Assembly (NCBI GenBank): GCA_002269645.1
Contig: NIVC01000363.1
Span: 310,001-374,000, forward strand
Direction: 5' to 3'
DNA length: 64,000 bases
From: Macrostomum lignano
Lineage: Eukaryota
The translations under genes and the position numbers were made by a program. The notes under the pieces are model-generated. The model was not told the DNA's origin. It worked only from the letters and a program-made list of their open reading frames with translations, and searched no databases. Positions 58,351 to 64,000 of this stretch are shown here, in pieces. Every line of letters starts with the position of its first letter. Positions within the stretch are counted from its first letter, which is position 1.

Positions 58351-59470
58351 TTTAGTGTACGCTCGTACAAGTAAATTTAAGCTTACAACGTGACTGCATA
58401 TTCATTTCTTAAATCAATCACTCAAACTCGCTGTTCAACCTTACAACTACCCACCCCCTCCTCCGCCATGAGACTACAATCTCAACTCGTATTTTACTTT
58501 ACTATTCAAAACTGTTTCACCCACTCTTTTGCTTTTAGTTTAAAACAAAATACTTATACTGTGTCGAGAAAGGTTTTTCGCCGAAATGACTGGTTTGATT
58601 TAATTAACGTTGCAAAACCTATGCTCATGAACGTTTTCCCTTCTAAACAATCGGAGCAATAATTAGCTTTTTGTTGGCGCTAAAACTTATAAGTTTATTT
58701 TTTATTTACTGTTTTCGAACTCAAAGTGTTCTATCCCAGTTGTTTCAACTGAATAATTTTACATGGCTCCATGCGATATAACAAAATATAAATTGCAAGC
58801 AAATGTAACAAAAATTTAAAAAGAGGGCCTAAGTTCAGTTATAGAAAAACAATGGATTGAGAACAGAAAATGCTAGATAGCTTGAATAAAACAAAGCACA
58901 ATCATTGAGATTGATAATTATATAAATTTTTTTCAAATTGAGACTGAATCCGAGTCAGCTGAAAAAAATATTAATAGCATATAATTTATTTGTTAAAACT
59001 GGTTAGGCAGCACTTATCGAGAAAAATTTTATTTGATATCATGTCGTTTTTAAAAGATGGGAAAACAGCTTAAGGCAAAATAATTTAATGCAAGTATTTA
59101 ATAAAAAAATGGGACTACATTTTTAAATCCTCACTAATCAAAGCCAATCACTTCTAATAAGGTCAATTTCACCAAAAAAAATTACAAATTTCTTTGCACG
59201 CCATTTAAACGGCGATATGACAGTGAAATATATATAGCACATCAGTTAAACAAAACAAAAATTATCCAAATAACTAACCATAAAAAGTTAAAAAACTAAT
59301 CAATAGCAAATAATTTGGAGGTTGTTATAGTAAGGGCACTCTAGCTGGTTGCATTTTGAGCATAATATTGTCGTAAAAATTATAAAAATTGTTCTGAACA
59401 TACACGTACAGGTATATACATTCGAAAATTCTATGATTACACAATTGAGTTATTGTATCGCGCTATTAGG

Positions 59471-62400
59471 CTAGGCCCACTGGCATTGCGCCAGCACCAT
59501 ATTCGCAGAACTGCAGCCATGCTCTGCATTCTGCCAGTCGTCAGCTGCTTCTAAATTGAAAGCTTCCGCCACTGGCTGCTGGTCCGGAAGTCTGGTCAGG
59601 TCTTCCATGGACACGGACGGCACATCCGTTGCTGACAATTCGAGATTCTGATTCTGACTAAGTCTGCCGGTTCCGCTGAGGTAGCTGTTTGGACTGAAAG
59701 TGCAATTCTGCCGCTCATGGGCCAGCTGCAAGCACTGCGGACAAGACTGATGGCTGTGCTGTTGAGGAGCTTGAGCAGCTGGCTGCTGCGACTGCACTGG
59801 ATGATGCTGATGAAGCGGCTCTGTCCACGGATGAGGCAGCTGGCCTGCTTTTAAAAGAGTCGGAGACAACCACAAGGATGTCGTTAAAATCAATGGTGTT
59901 TGCTTGTCATTTCAGCGAAGAAATCTCGTTAACTTTTTAGTTTCTAGACAAATTTATGCACAATTGTATCGAATTTTGTTATAAACGCGTCTTTCAGGAG
60001 CGTCACCAAAAATGTTTTGGTGGGGGACAGAGCCGGAAATTCTACATGACTGAATTCCTACATTATTTTGGAAATCGGTGTCATTAGCACTCATTCTGGC
60101 GCCGCAGGCACTCATTCTGGCGTCGCAGGCACTCATTCTGGCGCCGCAGGCACTCATTCTGGCGCCGCAGACACTCATTCTGGCGCCGCAGGCACTCATT
60201 CTGGCGCCGCAGACACTCATTCTGGCGCCGCAGACACTCATTCTGGCGCCGCAGGCACTCATTCTGGCGCCGCAGACACTCATTCTGGCGCCGCAGACAC
60301 TCATTCTGGCGCCGCAGGCACTCATTCTGGCGCCGCAGACACTCATTCTGGCGCCGCAGGCACTCATTCTGGCGCCACAGGCACTCATTCTGTCTCTCAT
60401 TTCGGCGTCAAAGGCGCTCGATTTTCGCATGTGCGCCACATAGCTGGTTTTCAGAACCCTAGGATGTCAATACGGCACTGCAGTTCTGACGCTTAAAAAA
60501 GCCATTCTAAACAGACTACTCAACAATCAAATAAGCAGTAGTCAGCACAAGTAATTACAGCTAAATAAGATTTAAACCTTACCGAATCCCCACTGGTTCC
60601 GCCAGGAGCCGTTGCTGTTGGGAAATTCTTGCTGACTGGGGGTTCCTAATCCTCCTGGTGACCAGCCTTGCGGTTGTTGAGGTTGAAATCGGTTGCTAAT
60701 GCCGCTATTGCTTCTGTTGTTATTGTTTCCTTGGTAGCCGTTGCTAACGGCGCTTCCACCGCTGCCGGACGCTAGAGAGCCCCGACCAGACGATGAGGGA
60801 CAGAAGCTGACTGTGCTGGCGTCATCTGCGACTGCGTAACGCGCTTGAGCGAGCTGGTGACTGGCACCTAAGAATTGATGCGGGAAAGCATTGCTGCCTA
60901 CTCGTACTTTTCTACTGAATTGCTGCCTACTTTCCCATTGAATTACTGTCTACTTTCCCATTGAATTACTGTCTACTTTCCCATTGAATTACTGTCTACT
61001 TTCCCATTGAATTAATCAATGTCTACTTTCCCATTCAATTACTGTCTACTTTCACATTGAATTACTGTCTACTTTCCCATTGAATTACTGTCTACTTTCC
61101 CATTGAATTACTGTCTACTTTCCCATTGAATTAATCAATCTCTACTTTCCCATCGAATTTCTGTCTACTTTCCCATTGAATTAATGTCTACTTTCCCATT
61201 CAATTACTGTCTACTTTCACACTGAATTACTGTCTACTTTCACACTGAATTACTGTCTACTTTTGTACTGAATTACTGTCTACTTTTGTACTGAATTACT
61301 GTCTACTTTTGTACTGAATTACTGTCTACTTTCCCATTGAATTACCGTCTACTTTCCCATTCAATTACTGTCTACTTTCCCATTCAATTACTGTCTACTT
61401 TCACACTGAATTACTGTCTACTTTCCCATTGTATTACTGTCTACTTTCCCACTGAATTACTGTCTACTTTCCCATTGAATTACTGTCTATGTTCACATTG
61501 AATTACTGTCTATGTTCACATTGAAGTACTGTCTGTGTTCACACTGAATTACTGTCTATTTTCAAATTGAATTACTGTCTACTTTCACATTGAATTACTG
61601 TCTACTTTCACACTGAATTGCTGTCTACTTTCACACTGAATTGCTGTCTACTTTCACACTAAATTGCTGTCTACTTTCACACTAAATTGCTGTCTACTTT
61701 CACACTAAATTGCTGTCTACTTTCACACTGAATTGCTGTCTACTTTCACACTGAATTGCTGTCTACTTTCACACTGAATTGCTGTCTACTTTCACACTGA
61801 ATTACTGTCTACTTTTTTACCCAATACAAGTGCTTCTATAACAATCTACCAAGCATTACTATCTTCTCCATATCATCAATATTATCCAAGCAGTCTCACT
61901 AAGGAAACACAAGCCCGGATCTCCATCTCCAGCTTCACTCCAACCCGAACTCCATCCTCACCCGTCTCAGCAGTCAAGCCGTCCAAACCCTCGGCTTCCA
62001 GCAGCTCCTCGGTCCTCGGCAGCTCGCGCTTGATCACCGGCGCCGCTGGAGCTACGACTTTTCCTTGTCTGAGTCGACAGAGTCGCGACATCCGAGCCGG
62101 CGCCGCCGCCACCAGAACGTCGCTGCCGGAGTCGAGAACGCGTTGCGATGGCAACAGCATCGGAGCGAAATAGCCCTCGTCGTCTGCTTGGAACTCGTCG
62201 CTAAGCTGCTCGGGATTAAGCCGGTTCGACTGTCGCTCAGCTGAGAACTGGCGAGCTGCCGACATCGGGCTGGCACCGCCGCATCCAACACCGCTGCCGC
62301 CGCCGCTGTGCATCGATTCCGACGTGCTGCTCATTGGGGTGCCACCGTGGTTGACGCCTCCGCTGCCGCCGCCGCTGCCTCCAGCAGTTTTTCCGTATCG

Positions 62401-64000
62401 TCTCAGCCGATTCTCCTCAGCCTTGGAGCTCCAACTCTCGCCTTTGATTTTCTTAGAAGCGTAGGCCTCGGCGCCGTGCACGGTTTTGATGTGCTTCCGC
62501 AGAGAGCTGGGGTCCGTGTACCGCTTGCCGCAGCCCGCAGCGGCGCGGCACTGGTACGGCTTCTCGGCAGAGTGAGTCCGGTTCTGGTGCTTGGCTCGGT
62601 CGGAAGCGTTTGAGAAGGCTTTGGCGCAGCCGGGCACCTCGCAACAATAGGGCTTCTCACCGGTGTGCGACCGGAAATGCGTCTTCATGTTCTCCAGGCG
62701 GGAGTAGGCCTTGGTGCAGCCGGGGTACTGTTGCCATGAAGGGGCGGGTAAGAGAGGCGAATCAATGGCGTTGCTTGGGGGAATTTGAGATTTTACAAGC
62801 TCGAAACTCGAAACTCGAAACTTGAACTCTAAACTCGAAATTTTACTAGACTTGAAACTCCACTAAGCTCGAAAGTTTAAGAACCTTCTAACTTCACAAA
62901 GCTATTAAACATCATTTTTTAAATAATTTAAAGTTACAAGCTCAAGAAAGTGACCTCAAATGACTCAGACTTGTGTTTAAATTACTGTTAGATTAAGTAC
63001 TGCTCAAATTAATTTGGTGTTTCTTAGAATGCGGGATTATAGCTAAAACAGGAGATCCGTTCTCTACTCAGTAACTCAGTTTTCGGATTCAAGGTCAGGG
63101 AGAGGGTATAGAAGGGAGAGGGTATAGAAGGGAGAGGGTATAGAAGGGAGAGGGTATAGAAGGGAGAGGGTATAGAAGGGAGAGGGTATAGAAGGGAGAG
63201 GGTATAGAAGGGAGAGGGTATAGAGGAGGTCACGAATTGTCTTTTAACATTTGTGGTTTTTTTCAATCAAGACTCAGACTTTTCTGGACTTTGAAACTTC
63301 CGCAATAGTGTACTCTACGAAACAGCGACTCACGGTGCATCTGTAGGGTCTTTCTCCCGTGTGGCGCCTCACGTGCACGTTCAGCATGTACAGCGCTTTG
63401 AACGGTTTTTGGTTGCGGCTGCAGCCAATCCAATGGCACACGAACTCCTTGCGGTCCCCGCTGCCTTTCACGTGGACATCGTTCACGTGCTGCGGGAGGC
63501 GGATGTTCAAATGTTGACGGACTTATAGGTTCTCAGATTCATAGGTTCATGGGTTCATAGGTTCATAGGTTCACGGGTTTATAGGCTCATGGGTTCATAG
63601 GCTCATGGGTTCATAGGTTCATGGGTTCATAGGTTCATGGGTTCATAGATTCACAGGTTAATAGGTTCATGGGTTCATAGATTCACAGATTAATAGGTTC
63701 ACGGGTTCATAGGTTCACAGGTTAATAGGTTCACGGGTTCATAGATTCACGGATTCATAGGTTCATGGGTTCACAGGCTCTCGGGCTCATAGGTTCACGG
63801 GAACATAGGTTCACGGGTTCACAGGTTCATGAAGTCAGAGTTAAAAAAGCAGGTCAGCTTACTTCAACCAGCTCAGCATTGGTGCCGCACTGCAGCCCAC
63901 AGTTCACCCACCGGCACACCGTCGCCAGAATTTCGCCACTGGTCCCGTCGGCCTCCTCGTCATCATCAGCCTCATCATCGGCTGCTCTTCTGTCCGCCTC
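59471..64000 (-). CDS. Gli: Gli/Cubitus interruptus-family five-finger C2H2 transcription factor (5' end outside the window)
   Basis: Exons complement(63863->64000, 63334-63489, 61962-62727, 60583-60867, 59471-59847), phase-consistent. Gli-diagnostic motifs: [61 protein letters not shown]. Confidence 0.95.
60088..60392. repeat. 21-bp intronic minisatellite (GGCACTCATTCTGGCGCCGCA)
   Basis: Seen directly in the sequence. Confidence 0.96.
60915..61815. repeat. 23-bp intronic minisatellite (TGAATTACTGTCTACTTTCCCAT)
   Basis: Seen directly in the sequence. Confidence 0.96.
63098..63225. repeat. 16-bp intronic array (AGGGTATAGAAGGGAG)
   Basis: Seen directly in the sequence. Confidence 0.95.
63525..63830. 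repeat. 9/18-bp intronic array (GGTTCATAG/GGTTCATGG)
   Basis: Seen directly in the sequence. Confidence 0.93.

Overview
Eukaryotic (animal) genomic DNA with GT-AG spliced genes, GC-rich low-complexity exons and minisatellite-filled introns. The style suggests a free-living flatworm such as Macrostomum (inference only). By hand I reconstructed phase-consistent exon chains for seven spliced genes: an AT-hook plus ankyrin-like protein (-), a clavesin/CRAL-TRIO protein (+), CtBP (-), WDR31 (-), V-ATPase subunit G (-), an orphan gene (+) and the 3' part of a Gli/Ci zinc-finger gene (-). There is also an intronless cytosolic sulfotransferase with one frameshift. Mobile DNA comprises five truncated copies of one RTE-like non-LTR retroelement family, a decayed Ty3/Gypsy relic and foldback/palindromic DNA. 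About 30 tandem arrays are present, including a 4.6-kb 25-bp satellite with higher-order duplications. The most notable signals are four intronic arrays that begin or end exactly at splice sites, strong enrichment of the palindrome TACATGTA, a Gli lacking the RRxS PKA cluster, and the AT-hook/ankyrin and orphan genes. No CRISPR array, rRNA or intact tRNA was seen. All coordinates and counts were made by eye.
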